Source of the DNA: a virus
Taxonomy: Duplodnaviria; Caudoviricetes
Direction: 5' to 3' (one strand)
Length of the DNA stretch: 38,687 bases
IMG/VR virus record: IMGVR_UViG_3300033067_001742
Coordinates: 1 to 38,687 of that record
Part shown: piece after piece, positions 19,101-26,507 of the stretch
Layout of the letters: every line of letters begins with the position of its first letter
Position numbering within the stretch: position 1 is the first letter of the stretch
Translations under genes and position numbers: made by a program
The notes under the pieces: model-generated
Told to the model about the DNA's origin: nothing
Database searches by the model: none
Seen by the model: only the letters and a program-made list of their open reading frames with translations

Positions 19101-20113
19101 GGTACACGCTGCTGGCGTCGGATCGCGCGCACCTCGTGAGCGTATCCAATGCCTCCCCGGTCACGCTGACACTGGTCGACACGCTGCCGAAGAAGTGGTG
19201 GTGCTTCATCGAGAACCTCGGCGCCGGCGTGGTGACCCTCACGCCGTCCGGTGGGCCGCAGATCGACAACAACGGCGGCAGCGGCGTCAACCTGACCCCG
19301 AACCAGGGCGTGCTGCTGGTCTACGACGGCACCGACTTCTGGACGATGCGCGGCATGGGGTCTACCGCAGCCGCCACGCTGTCGGTCGCCGACGAGGGCG
19401 TTACGCTGGACAGCGCGGTGACCTCGCTGAACTTCGTGGGGGCCGGGGTCACGGCAACGAACGCCGGGCACGCCGTGACGGTCACGGTGAATACCTCAAA
19501 CGATGCGCCCCCGTACGGCGCGCCGTTCACCTTCACGGCGCCGCTGGCCTCGGCGTTCCCGACCACCATCGGCACGATCGCGTCGGTCACCGATAAGACC
19601 GGCCGACTGCAGGTGGTGATCTCGAGCATCTCGGGCAATCTGCGGGTGCTGCTGCAGAACGCCCCGACCCCGCCGTACACGCTCGACGTGGTGCTGACGG
19701 CGTCCGGTGCGCAGACGGTGAGCCAGTCGGTGGTCGCCGGCATCGCGGCGTCCGACGGCACCAAGCTGATCTCCTTCTTGGGCGGGGTGTCGGCAAACGC
19801 GCCGTATGTCGGCGTTCAGCGGTGGACGAACAACACGACGGTATCGGCGAACACCTACACGCCGGCCGCCGCGTCCATCGACCTCGGCCGCATCTTCCTG
19901 CGCATGACGCACGACGGCAGCACGCACCGCACCTTTGCGTTCTCGTCCAACGGGCTGGACTGGACGACGGTGGTCGATGAGTCGCCGACGGCGTTCCTCA
20001 CCGAAACCAAGGTCGGGCTGATCTTCTACGCCAGCACGCTGTCGGCCATCAATACGAAGTTCTCCATTTTCCACTACGGCGTCACGAGCTCCGTGCTCGG
20101 GGACGCTGCCTAG
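16151..20113 (+). CDS. Tail tip / host-specificity protein (GTA g15-like) with a fused C-terminal fibre and lectin-like region
   Basis: 'QGPRL.D..V..ADYG..RPIIYGMVRVGG', 'ICEGPI', 'YGNARPNVEYE', 'L..AYFFD..E.DG', 'ELPR.V...Y.D...DYQ', 'L.GFKRGRKGT'; C-terminal extension of about 350 aa. Confidence 0.88.
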   Translation: MGQLALGLAGAAAGFAFGGPTGAQIGWMLGSFAWNLLDPPKVQGPRLQDTKVRGADYGSMRPIIYGMVRVGGLGMGQGSTSEGPNKFTEHKEKSGGKGGPEVTSYRYTLSFFNEICEGPIIGVQRRWANGRLITEGGQEASAEWPYVLYLGDEAQMPDPTMETIYGVGNVNPMRGVAYEAIEELDVTDYGNARPNVEYEAYTNFGDIPWRVSSFAPWSATPLLGNFYHSAATYKNHVITTVEMGNGAVDTFKIRQFDRDGTQIGTTITQSCPTPGTQAIFPVTNANLFLRTFNTGVGLDWYWFYYNESTQSIEEGHRQADGGGAEPYIDAPMIAVGSSIYSVGHFGFGWSVSRFQNSGGVGGPFVASAPVYTGTASFNAAPTMGTSSEDDVFYLLWEEADGQHLRKINALDLTTLQDWGPSATGGTYLERSGITFHVENGLICNGRQVSSGVYEIRLVQINGTTLTNFGNSISTTATNPTQSIWIGNGLLVDPVGVYSIIPPPANVLLSSVVADLLERAGLNSGQYDTSDLTQEVRGFVVASQMTVRNAIDILRRAYFFDVTEYDGKVVCVNRGHDAIATIPDEDLAAHEPGSEPGEPLEMTRAPEAELPRTVFINYYDLNADYQQGSQYWRRTVTRSQSDVTLDLPLVFTASEALDRAQWHMHFAWLERDRFAWTTTRKWSALTPTDVVVVRGVNIRITSKTESPNGLVRFEGVRAFAGAFTGGNPATDPISGGTPGTGGGGQPPPTTPADLAATQLVLLDIPAVSQGDKPYGFYAAMGPAAPGRWPGAALYKSIDGGVTYQNVASTTTAATIGRVTAGSLGAYALGDVIDESTCTVALSMPDATLETISGTALANGGNLCAIATGSTWELCQFRDAVLVSPATYELTGFKRGRKGTPTAGHGTNDRFVLLPVVNVDGALAELNVALLYKAVTFGAAIADVTEVSFTNTGEAAGGSNGDNENGVFDEIAAQFPVATTYITSTGYTLLASDRAHLVSVSNASPVTLTLVDTLPKKWWCFIENLGAGVVTLTPSGGPQIDNNGGSGVNLTPNQGVLLVYDGTDFWTMRGMGSTAAATLSVADEGVTLDSAVTSLNFVGAGVTATNAGHAVTVTVNTSNDAPPYGAPFTFTAPLASAFPTTIGTIASVTDKTGRLQVVISSISGNLRVLLQNAPTPPYTLDVVLTASGAQTVSQSVVAGIAASDGTKLISFLGGVSANAPYVGVQRWTNNTTVSANTYTPAAASIDLGRIFLRMTHDGSTHRTFAFSSNGLDWTTVVDESPTAFLTETKVGLIFYASTLSAINTKFSIFHYGVTSSVLGDAA

Positions 20114-20125
20114 AGCGGGGGAAAC

Positions 20126-20392
20126 GTGAACGACCCACTCGGCGGCCACGATGGAGAACACGGCGGGCACTACGTCGCGCCACCGACGCTGGCCGAGCGC
20201 ATCGCGGTGCTCGAAAACCGGCACGACACGCTCGACGGCCGATTCGATGCGTTCGAGACGAAGCTCGACACGTTGATCTCCGAGAGCACGAAACAACGGG
20301 GGATGATCGGGGGCGCCGTGATGGTCGCCACCGGGATCGTCACGGCGTTGTCCTTGTTCAAGGATTGGATCATCGCGCACCTGCGGCCATGA
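20126..20392 (+). CDS. Putative holin / XhlA-like small membrane protein
   Basis: Coiled coil 'LAERIAVLENRHDTLDGRFDAFETKLDTL' plus one C-terminal transmembrane segment, directly before the endolysin. Confidence 0.6.
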   Translation: MNDPLGGHDGEHGGHYVAPPTLAERIAVLENRHDTLDGRFDAFETKLDTLISESTKQRGMIGGAVMVATGIVTALSLFKDWIIAHLRP

Positions 20393-21525
20393 CCTCCCTC
20401 GAGCACATCGTCGATGCACTAGGGCGCCCGAATGTCGTGGCTTTCCTGCGCGTCATCCGCGCCCGCGAATCGTCGCAGGACGATTCGGCGTATAGGGTCA
20501 TCAACGGCGGCAGCCACTTCGACGCGCCACCGTGGCGGCATCCGTGGCACGGCATCACCACCGGCAACGGCGCGCGCGCCAGTGGTGCGTATCAGTTCCT
20601 GGGCACGACGTGGTCGCGGCTGTGCGAGATGTACGGCTTCCCGGACTTCTCGCCGCCGAATCAGGACCGCGGCGCGGTCGTGCTGATCGCCGGCCGGGGC
20701 GCGCTCGACGACGTGCTCGCGGGCCGCTTCGACGCCGCGGTGCGCAAGTGCCGCCCGGAGTGGACCTCGCTCCCGGGCGCGGCCGAGAGCACGTCGAGCT
20801 GGACGATGGACCGAGCGCGCGACGTTTTCCTGCAGTACGGCGGCACGCTGGAGGCCGCCCCGGCGACGCCACCGGCGCCCGCCACCACGAACGGAGGCCC
20901 TATGGGCGGTTTGGGATTGAGCCTGGTGCAGGCACTGATCGCGGGGTTTGCGCCCCTGGCGCAGGAGAAGATTAACGGCGCGCTCGCCAAGCATGGCGTC
21001 GACAGCGCCGTCGGCCAGCAGCTCGTGACCGGCGTGCTCAACGCCGTGCAGCCGGGCCTCGCCGCCGCGCCGCCGGCGCAGCAGATCGCCGCCGTGGCCG
21101 AGGCCCAGAAGTCGCCAGAGGTGGTGAAGAAGGCCGAGCAGACGGCGCTCGACCTCCTGTCGACGCTCGCCCCGCTGCTGGACAAATCCGTGGCGTACGA
21201 CCAGGCGAAGTGGACGGCCGAGACGACCGGCCGCGACGCCGCAGCCGCGCGCGCGAAGGGCGAGCCGTGGGACATGACGAAGGCCCTCGTGTACTTCGCC
21301 GGCATCACGTCCACGCTGGTCGTGCTCGCCCTCACTGCGGCCGTGATCTGGCAAGCGCTGCAGGGCAAGGACATCAACACCGCGCTGATCGGCCTCGCCG
21401 GCCCGCTGCTCATGGCGGCCCTGCAGTCGTGGCGCGAGATCTTCGCTTATCGATTCGACGGCACCAAAAACTCCAGCGAGCAGACCCGCGCGCTGCTGGC
21501 CGTCGCCACCCAACCGAAGGAGTAA
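20389..21525 (+). CDS. Lambda-R-like endolysin fused in frame to a holin-like membrane domain
   Basis: N-terminal 'AFLRVIRARES..YRVINGG..F..HP..ASGAYQFLGTTW..DFSPPNQD..EWTSLPG'. Pro/Ala linker, then a region with hydrophobic helices ending 'FAYRFDGTKNSSEQT'. Confidence 0.85.
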   Translation: MTSLEHIVDALGRPNVVAFLRVIRARESSQDDSAYRVINGGSHFDAPPWRHPWHGITTGNGARASGAYQFLGTTWSRLCEMYGFPDFSPPNQDRGAVVLIAGRGALDDVLAGRFDAAVRKCRPEWTSLPGAAESTSSWTMDRARDVFLQYGGTLEAAPATPPAPATTNGGPMGGLGLSLVQALIAGFAPLAQEKINGALAKHGVDSAVGQQLVTGVLNAVQPGLAAAPPAQQIAAVAEAQKSPEVVKKAEQTALDLLSTLAPLLDKSVAYDQAKWTAETTGRDAAAARAKGEPWDMTKALVYFAGITSTLVVLALTAAVIWQALQGKDINTALIGLAGPLLMAALQSWREIFAYRFDGTKNSSEQTRALLAVATQPKE

Positions 21526-21529
21526 TGAC

Positions 21530-22033
21530 ATGCAGATCACCCTGACCCTGCCAGACACGCTGCCGAAACTGGCGCCCCTGCAGCAACTCGATGCGATCGT
21601 CAACGCCGCGATGACGGTGCTGCTGACCATCGCCAGCGACCCGCAGGCCCAGCACGCCGCCACGGCCGCCGCTGCCATCGCTGTCGTCGCCCCGTGGGGC
21701 GTGGATAGCTACGGGCTCCCGTTCGCGACCGAGAAGGAGGCGCTGACGTACGCCGCCGCGGTGGCGAAGCGCGACGAGAATCTCGGCAACTCCGCGGCCG
21801 AGGAGGCGGCGAACTATCACGGCAGCATCGACCCCGACACGCTGGGCTTGTACGACTGGGCCTTCTACGTGAAAACGGCCCACCTGGTCAACGGTTCGCA
21901 GAACTACGTCATCTTCACGAAGCGCCCGATCGTCCGGGACAAGGACACCGGCCGGGTTCTGCAGAATCCGCACGCCGAGCTGGCCGCGGTCGATGTCAGC
22001 GGCTACGGTGGTCCGCTCGCAGCGTTCGCCTGA
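21530..22033 (+). CDS. Hypothetical protein
   Basis: AAGGAG RBS, continues the late operon; no motif recognised. Confidence 0.6.
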   Translation: MQITLTLPDTLPKLAPLQQLDAIVNAAMTVLLTIASDPQAQHAATAAAAIAVVAPWGVDSYGLPFATEKEALTYAAAVAKRDENLGNSAAEEAANYHGSIDPDTLGLYDWAFYVKTAHLVNGSQNYVIFTKRPIVRDKDTGRVLQNPHAELAAVDVSGYGGPLAAFA

Positions 22034-22035
22034 TC

Positions 22036-22242
22036 ATGGGCGTCCGGTTCGACGAGGTCCGCATCGAGGTCGACTACAGCGCGGACTTCGTCGGCCATCG
22101 CACGCTGCGGCTGGTCGTCCCGCTGTCGATCGACACGCAGGACGACCCGCTGCTGCTGGCGATCCTCGCCCGTAAGCGCGCGCTCGACGCGACCATCCTG
22201 GCGAACGCGACCACCTCCGGCGATCCTCTGCCGCTCGGGTGA
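22036..22242 (+). CDS. Hypothetical protein (68 aa)
   Basis: Tightly packed between neighbours. Confidence 0.55.
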   Translation: MGVRFDEVRIEVDYSADFVGHRTLRLVVPLSIDTQDDPLLLAILARKRALDATILANATTSGDPLPLG

Positions 22243-22514
22243 TGGACGCCGCGGATCTCACGGTCGACGAAGCGGGGCTGCTCCTCGCGCAGGCCGTGCA
22301 GATCATGGGCACGCTGGAGGCGGTCGGCGCGCACGTGCGGCCCGACTCTGAACCACTTCCCCGCGGGATGCTCACCTGCGGGGAGGCGTGCCGGCTGGTG
22401 CCGGCCGTGATCGCCCTGACGCTGCAACTGTACCCGCAGCTCGCCGACGACGGCGTGCTCGAGGCCATCCTTCGCAACGCCGAGACGACCGGGCTGACCG
22501 GGGCCGTCCAATAA
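22239..22514 (+). CDS. Hypothetical protein (91 aa)
   Basis: GTGA overlap with the previous gene; stop 1 nt before the next ATG. Confidence 0.55.
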   Translation: MMDAADLTVDEAGLLLAQAVQIMGTLEAVGAHVRPDSEPLPRGMLTCGEACRLVPAVIALTLQLYPQLADDGVLEAILRNAETTGLTGAVQ

Positions 22515-22515
22515 C

Positions 22516-23763
22516 ATGGCAGCACGGAAAACGCCGCGGAAGACTTTGATCGAAGCCGAGCGCGCGATGGAACGGTACGGCACGGAGTCGGCCGCGGCCC
22601 GCGCGCTCGGCATCCCGCGCCCGACGCTGCACAACCGCCTGGAGGCGGCCCGGCTCGACGGCGTGAAGCCGACCGAGAAGGCCGAAGAGGGCCCGCAGCG
22701 CACCGAGCTGGACCTCGCGCGCGACCGCATCCTCGAACTGGACGCGCAACTGAAGGGCGTGAAGTCGGAGACGCTGACGGACGCCTACGTGAAGCGGAAG
22801 ATCATCGGCCTGCGCGAGGACGCCGACCAGGTCAAGCCGCCGGGCTGGTCGCTCACCATCCCCCGCGGGAAGGGCCTCCCGGGCGTGCCGGTCACGCTCT
22901 GGTCCGACTGGCATTGGGGCGAGGTCGTCGACCCGGAGCAGATCAACGGGGTGAACGAGTACAGCCTCGCCATCGCGCACCGCCGCGCGCGGACGCTGGT
23001 GTCGCGGATCGTCGAGCTGCTGTTCTCCTACGCGCCCGGCGGGAAGGCTTCTTACCCCGGGATCGTGGTGTGCCTCGGCGGCGATATGGTGTCGGGAGAC
23101 ATCCACGAGGAGCTGTCGGAGACGAACGAAGTGCCGGCGATGCCGTGCATCCTCGACCTGTACGCGGTCCTGATCTGGGGCCTGCAGACGCTGGCCGATA
23201 GGTTCGGGAAGGTGTTCGTGCCGTGCGTGACCGGGAACCACGGCCGGATGACGAAGAAGCCGCGCGCAAAGGGGCGGGCGTTCACCAACTTCGATTGGCT
23301 GCTGTACAGGTTGCTCCAGAAGCACTTCGAGGGCGACAAGCGGATCCAGTTTTTCATCCCGGACGGCCCGGACGCGCTGTTCACCGTGGTCGGCCACAGG
23401 TATCTGTTGACGCATGGCGACCAGTTCCGCGGGGGTGACGGGATGATCGGCCCGATCGGCCCGCTGACCCGTGGCCGGCAAAAGAAGCTCTCGAGGAACG
23501 CCGCGGTCGGGCGCGAGTTCGACACGATGATCCACGGCCATTACCACACGTACTCGCCGACCCCGCGCCTCATCGGCAACGGCAGCCTGAAGGGGTACGA
23601 CGAGTACGCGAACGCGAACAACTTCGGCTTCGAGCTTCCGATTCAGGCGCTGTGGCTGACGCACCCCGAGCACGGGATCACGATCCACATGCCGACGTTC
23701 CTCGAGAAGGCGACCACCGCGAACGCCGGCGCCGACTGGATCGGGTGGAAGGATGCAGCCTGA
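22516..23763 (+). CDS. Calcineurin-like metallophosphoesterase with N-terminal HTH and coiled coil
   Basis: All five motifs present: 'SDWHWG', 'GGDMVSG', 'GNHG', 'THGD', 'GHYH'. N-terminal 'ESAAARALGIPRPTLHNRL' is a Fis-type HTH. Confidence 0.85.
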   Translation: MAARKTPRKTLIEAERAMERYGTESAAARALGIPRPTLHNRLEAARLDGVKPTEKAEEGPQRTELDLARDRILELDAQLKGVKSETLTDAYVKRKIIGLREDADQVKPPGWSLTIPRGKGLPGVPVTLWSDWHWGEVVDPEQINGVNEYSLAIAHRRARTLVSRIVELLFSYAPGGKASYPGIVVCLGGDMVSGDIHEELSETNEVPAMPCILDLYAVLIWGLQTLADRFGKVFVPCVTGNHGRMTKKPRAKGRAFTNFDWLLYRLLQKHFEGDKRIQFFIPDGPDALFTVVGHRYLLTHGDQFRGGDGMIGPIGPLTRGRQKKLSRNAAVGREFDTMIHGHYHTYSPTPRLIGNGSLKGYDEYANANNFGFELPIQALWLTHPEHGITIHMPTFLEKATTANAGADWIGWKDAA

Positions 23764-23851
23764 GTGTGTCTAAAATTGGGCTTTCCGGAATAACTTGTGG
23801 AACGGGTCGTGATGGTGCATAGTCTAATCTCGGATAAACGTGTGGAACCGA

Positions 23852-25003
23852 ATGGGCGCGAAAGTCATCACCGGGGACTGTCTCGACGTGTTGCCAACGC
23901 TTGCGGAATGCAGCGTGGACGCGGTTGTGACCGATCCGCCTTATCACCTGACCACCGGCAAGCGCGGCGGGACGGGCGTTGCTTCGGACAATCCGAACAG
24001 CCCCGCCGGGCGGTCTCGCATCGGAACCGGCTTCATGGGGAAGGCATGGGACGGTGGGGATGTAGCGTTCCGTCCCGAGACGTGGGCGCAGATCATGCGC
24101 GTTGCCAAGCCGGGCGCGCACCTCGTCGCGTTTGGAGGCACCCGCACGCATCACCGCCTGATGGTTGCCATCGAGGATGCGGGATGGGAGATCCGCGATG
24201 CGCTTGGATGGTTGTTCGGGTCCGGCTTTCCCAAGAGCCACAACGGCCCGTGGGGAGGAACGGCGCTCAAACCGGCATGGGAGCCCATCATCCTCGCGCG
24301 GAAGCCTCTGGCGGGCACCGTAGAGGCCACGGTCGCCAAGTTCGGTACGGGAGCCCTGAACATCGACGACTCCCGGATCGGCGTTGGGGCCGACGTTGGG
24401 CGCTGGCCGGCGAACATCCTGCACGACGGGAGCGACGAGGTGCTGTCGGTATTCCCGGAGTCCGACGGCCAACTGTGCGACATCAGCACGGACCCCACGT
24501 CGCGGCGCAACCAAAACGTCTACGGCAACCTGCGGCGCGGCCGCGACGGCGAGCCGAGCGCGGAGAGGCGCTATACAGAGGAGGGTGGGACCAACTTCGC
24601 GGCACTTCCCGGCGCTCGACGCGGCGACAGCGGGAGCGCCGCGCGCTTCTTCTACTGCGCGAAGGCCGACCGGACCGACCGCAACGCCGGTACGGAGCAG
24701 ATGCCCAAGCGCCCGCTCAACTGGTCGAGCGGCGCCCAGTCTCCGGGAACCTTCCAGTCGGAGAACACAGACCGGAGCGCGAGCAACCATCACCCGACCG
24801 TCAAACCCACCGAGCTGATGCGGTACTTGTGCCGCCTCATCGCCCCGGCCGGCGGGCTAATCCTCGATCCGTTTGCGGGCAGCGGATCGACTGGCAAGGC
24901 GGCGCTGTTGGAGGGATTCGACTTCCTCGGGATCGAGCTGGACCCGGAGTACGCGGCCATCGCACAGGCACGGATTTACGCTACCGCGCCGCTGTTCGCG
25001 TAG
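23852..25003 (+). CDS. DNA amino-methyltransferase (N6-A/N4-C, beta class)
   Basis: Catalytic 'VTDPPY' near the N-terminus; 'HPTVKP' and SAM-binding 'LDPFAGSGSTG' near the C-terminus. Alternative GTG start at 23840. Confidence 0.93.
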   Translation: MGAKVITGDCLDVLPTLAECSVDAVVTDPPYHLTTGKRGGTGVASDNPNSPAGRSRIGTGFMGKAWDGGDVAFRPETWAQIMRVAKPGAHLVAFGGTRTHHRLMVAIEDAGWEIRDALGWLFGSGFPKSHNGPWGGTALKPAWEPIILARKPLAGTVEATVAKFGTGALNIDDSRIGVGADVGRWPANILHDGSDEVLSVFPESDGQLCDISTDPTSRRNQNVYGNLRRGRDGEPSAERRYTEEGGTNFAALPGARRGDSGSAARFFYCAKADRTDRNAGTEQMPKRPLNWSSGAQSPGTFQSENTDRSASNHHPTVKPTELMRYLCRLIAPAGGLILDPFAGSGSTGKAALLEGFDFLGIELDPEYAAIAQARIYATAPLFA

Positions 25004-26359
25004 ATGACCGACATCCTCGACCTTCCGGACTGGACGCTGATCGACAAGCGTTCCGACGGGGACGAGTACGAGCTGGAGGCCGAATACCGGCTCCTGCCCG
25101 GTGCCTGCGTCAAGTGCGGCTCGGTCGGGCGGCTGTACAAGCACGGCACCAAGGACACGACCTTCCGCGACAGCCCTATCCGGGGCCATCCGGTGCGGCT
25201 CCTGGCGCGCGTACAGCGCTTCCGGTGCCGGGACTGCGGGGAGACGTTCTTGCAGCCTCTGGGAGCCATCCAAGAGGCCATGCGCATGACTGAGCGCTGC
25301 GCCGAGTACGTCAAGGACCAGTGCCTGCGCGACACCTTCGCCCGGATCGCGGAGCACGTCGGCTGCGACGAGAAAACCATCCGGACGCTGGCGTCGGAGC
25401 ACATCCTCGCCGTGGAGGCGAATTACCGGCCCGAACTGCCAAGGCAGCTTGGCATGGATGAGACGAAGATCGACGGGCGGCAGCGCTGCGTCATCACGGA
25501 CATCGGCAGGAAGCGCCCCATCGAACTGCTGGCCGACCGGGACAAGGTGACGGTCGCCGGCTGGCTGGCGCGCTTCCCGGACCGCAGCGGGGTCGAGGTG
25601 GTCGCCATCGACATGTGGCGTCCGTACCTCGACGTTGCCCACGTCCTGTTCCCCGGCGTGCCGGTGGTCGTGGACAAGTTCCACGTCGTCCGGATGGCGA
25701 ACGAGGCTCTGGACCGGGTGCGCATCCGGATGGGCAAGAAGCAGGCGAAGCTCGTCCGCCGGGGCTGGATGCAGTCCAAGTCCCTGCTGGTGCAGCGCAA
25801 CGCCAACCTGAGCGAGAAGCGCCGCTTCAACCTCGACATGTGGCTGGCGAACGAGCCGGACATCGCGGCGGCCTACTGGTGCAAGGAAGCGTTCTTCGGG
25901 CTGTACGACCTGCCGAAGGCCGATGCCGTGGCGGCGTTCGATGCGTGGCCGGCGACCGTGCCGCAGCACCTGAAGGCGGACTTCCGGAAGCTGCTGACGG
26001 CGGCGCGCAACTGGCGCACCGAGATCCTCGCGTACTTCGATCACCCCGTCACCAACGCCTACACCGAGGCGCTGAACGGAGTGGCGAAGGTCATCAACCG
26101 GCAGGGGCGCGGCTACACCTTCGAGGTGCTGCGCGCCCGTGTCCTGTTCGGAAAGGGGGTGGCAACCGTGAAACCGATACCCGAGTTGCGGTGCGAGTCG
26201 TGCGGTGGACTGTTCCCCAAGCCGACGATGCAGGTGGACCACATCAGGCCGCTGTTCAAAGGCGAGCGCGGCGGCGGAACCATCATGGTCTGCCGGACCT
26301 GCAATGCACGTTTCCACACGAAGCCTCATGGTCCCTCGTCAGCAGCTTCTACACGTTAA
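25004..26359 (+). CDS. ISL3-family transposase with C-terminal HNH-like domain
   Basis: Zinc finger 'CVKCG..RFRCRDCG'; DDE motifs 'LGMDET', 'VAIDMWRPY', 'VDKFHVV', 'TNAYTEALN'; then 'CESC..VDHIRP..GG..CRTCNARFH'. Confidence 0.92.
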   Translation: MTDILDLPDWTLIDKRSDGDEYELEAEYRLLPGACVKCGSVGRLYKHGTKDTTFRDSPIRGHPVRLLARVQRFRCRDCGETFLQPLGAIQEAMRMTERCAEYVKDQCLRDTFARIAEHVGCDEKTIRTLASEHILAVEANYRPELPRQLGMDETKIDGRQRCVITDIGRKRPIELLADRDKVTVAGWLARFPDRSGVEVVAIDMWRPYLDVAHVLFPGVPVVVDKFHVVRMANEALDRVRIRMGKKQAKLVRRGWMQSKSLLVQRNANLSEKRRFNLDMWLANEPDIAAAYWCKEAFFGLYDLPKADAVAAFDAWPATVPQHLKADFRKLLTAARNWRTEILAYFDHPVTNAYTEALNGVAKVINRQGRGYTFEVLRARVLFGKGVATVKPIPELRCESCGGLFPKPTMQVDHIRPLFKGERGGGTIMVCRTCNARFHTKPHGPSSAASTR

Positions 26360-26469
26360 TCCGGAGTGCCTAAAATTGTGCCCAACCGGGCCGGATTCCG
26401 GCTGTTTTAGGCTGTTTTGGGCGGGGTTCGCCTCTGCGGCGTCATAGTGCGGCGCCCGCGTCCCGGGCT

Positions 26470-26507
26470 TTAGGAGGGGGCTGCTCTATCCACTGAGCTA
26501 CCGGGGC
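26470..26507 (-). other. attP: attP core: 5' half of tRNA-Arg(CCT)
   Basis: Minus strand reads GCCCCGG-TA-GCTC-AGTGGATA-GAGC-A-GCCCC-CTCCTAA (acceptor strand, D arm, anticodon loop with CCT). tRNA similarity stops after the loop. Overlaps the integrase stop codon. Confidence 0.85.

Larger units (their letters stand above)
23779..26370 (+). mobile_element. ISL3-family transporter IS (2592 bp) carrying a DNA methyltransferase
   Basis: 24-bp imperfect terminal inverted repeats GGCTTTCCGGAATAACTTGTGGAA / GGCACTCCGGATTAACGTGTAGAA (19/24 identical). 8-bp target duplication TAAAATTG at 23771-23778 and 26371-26378. Contains an ISL3 transposase. Confidence 0.93.

Noticed and set aside
16151-20113. 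Diversity-generating retroelement acting on the tail tip
   Set aside because: No reverse transcriptase gene and no template/variable repeat pair seen.
21530-22514. Rz/Rz1 spanins
   Set aside because: No N-terminal TM plus coiled-coil protein and no lipobox ORF recognised.
23779-26370. RNA-guided (IscB/TnpB-like) system
   Set aside because: No RuvC domain, and only about 70 bp of non-coding DNA inside the element, too little for an omega-RNA.
26440-26507. Complete tRNA gene
   Set aside because: After the anticodon loop there is no complementary stem strand, T arm or 3' acceptor strand; it is an att fragment.
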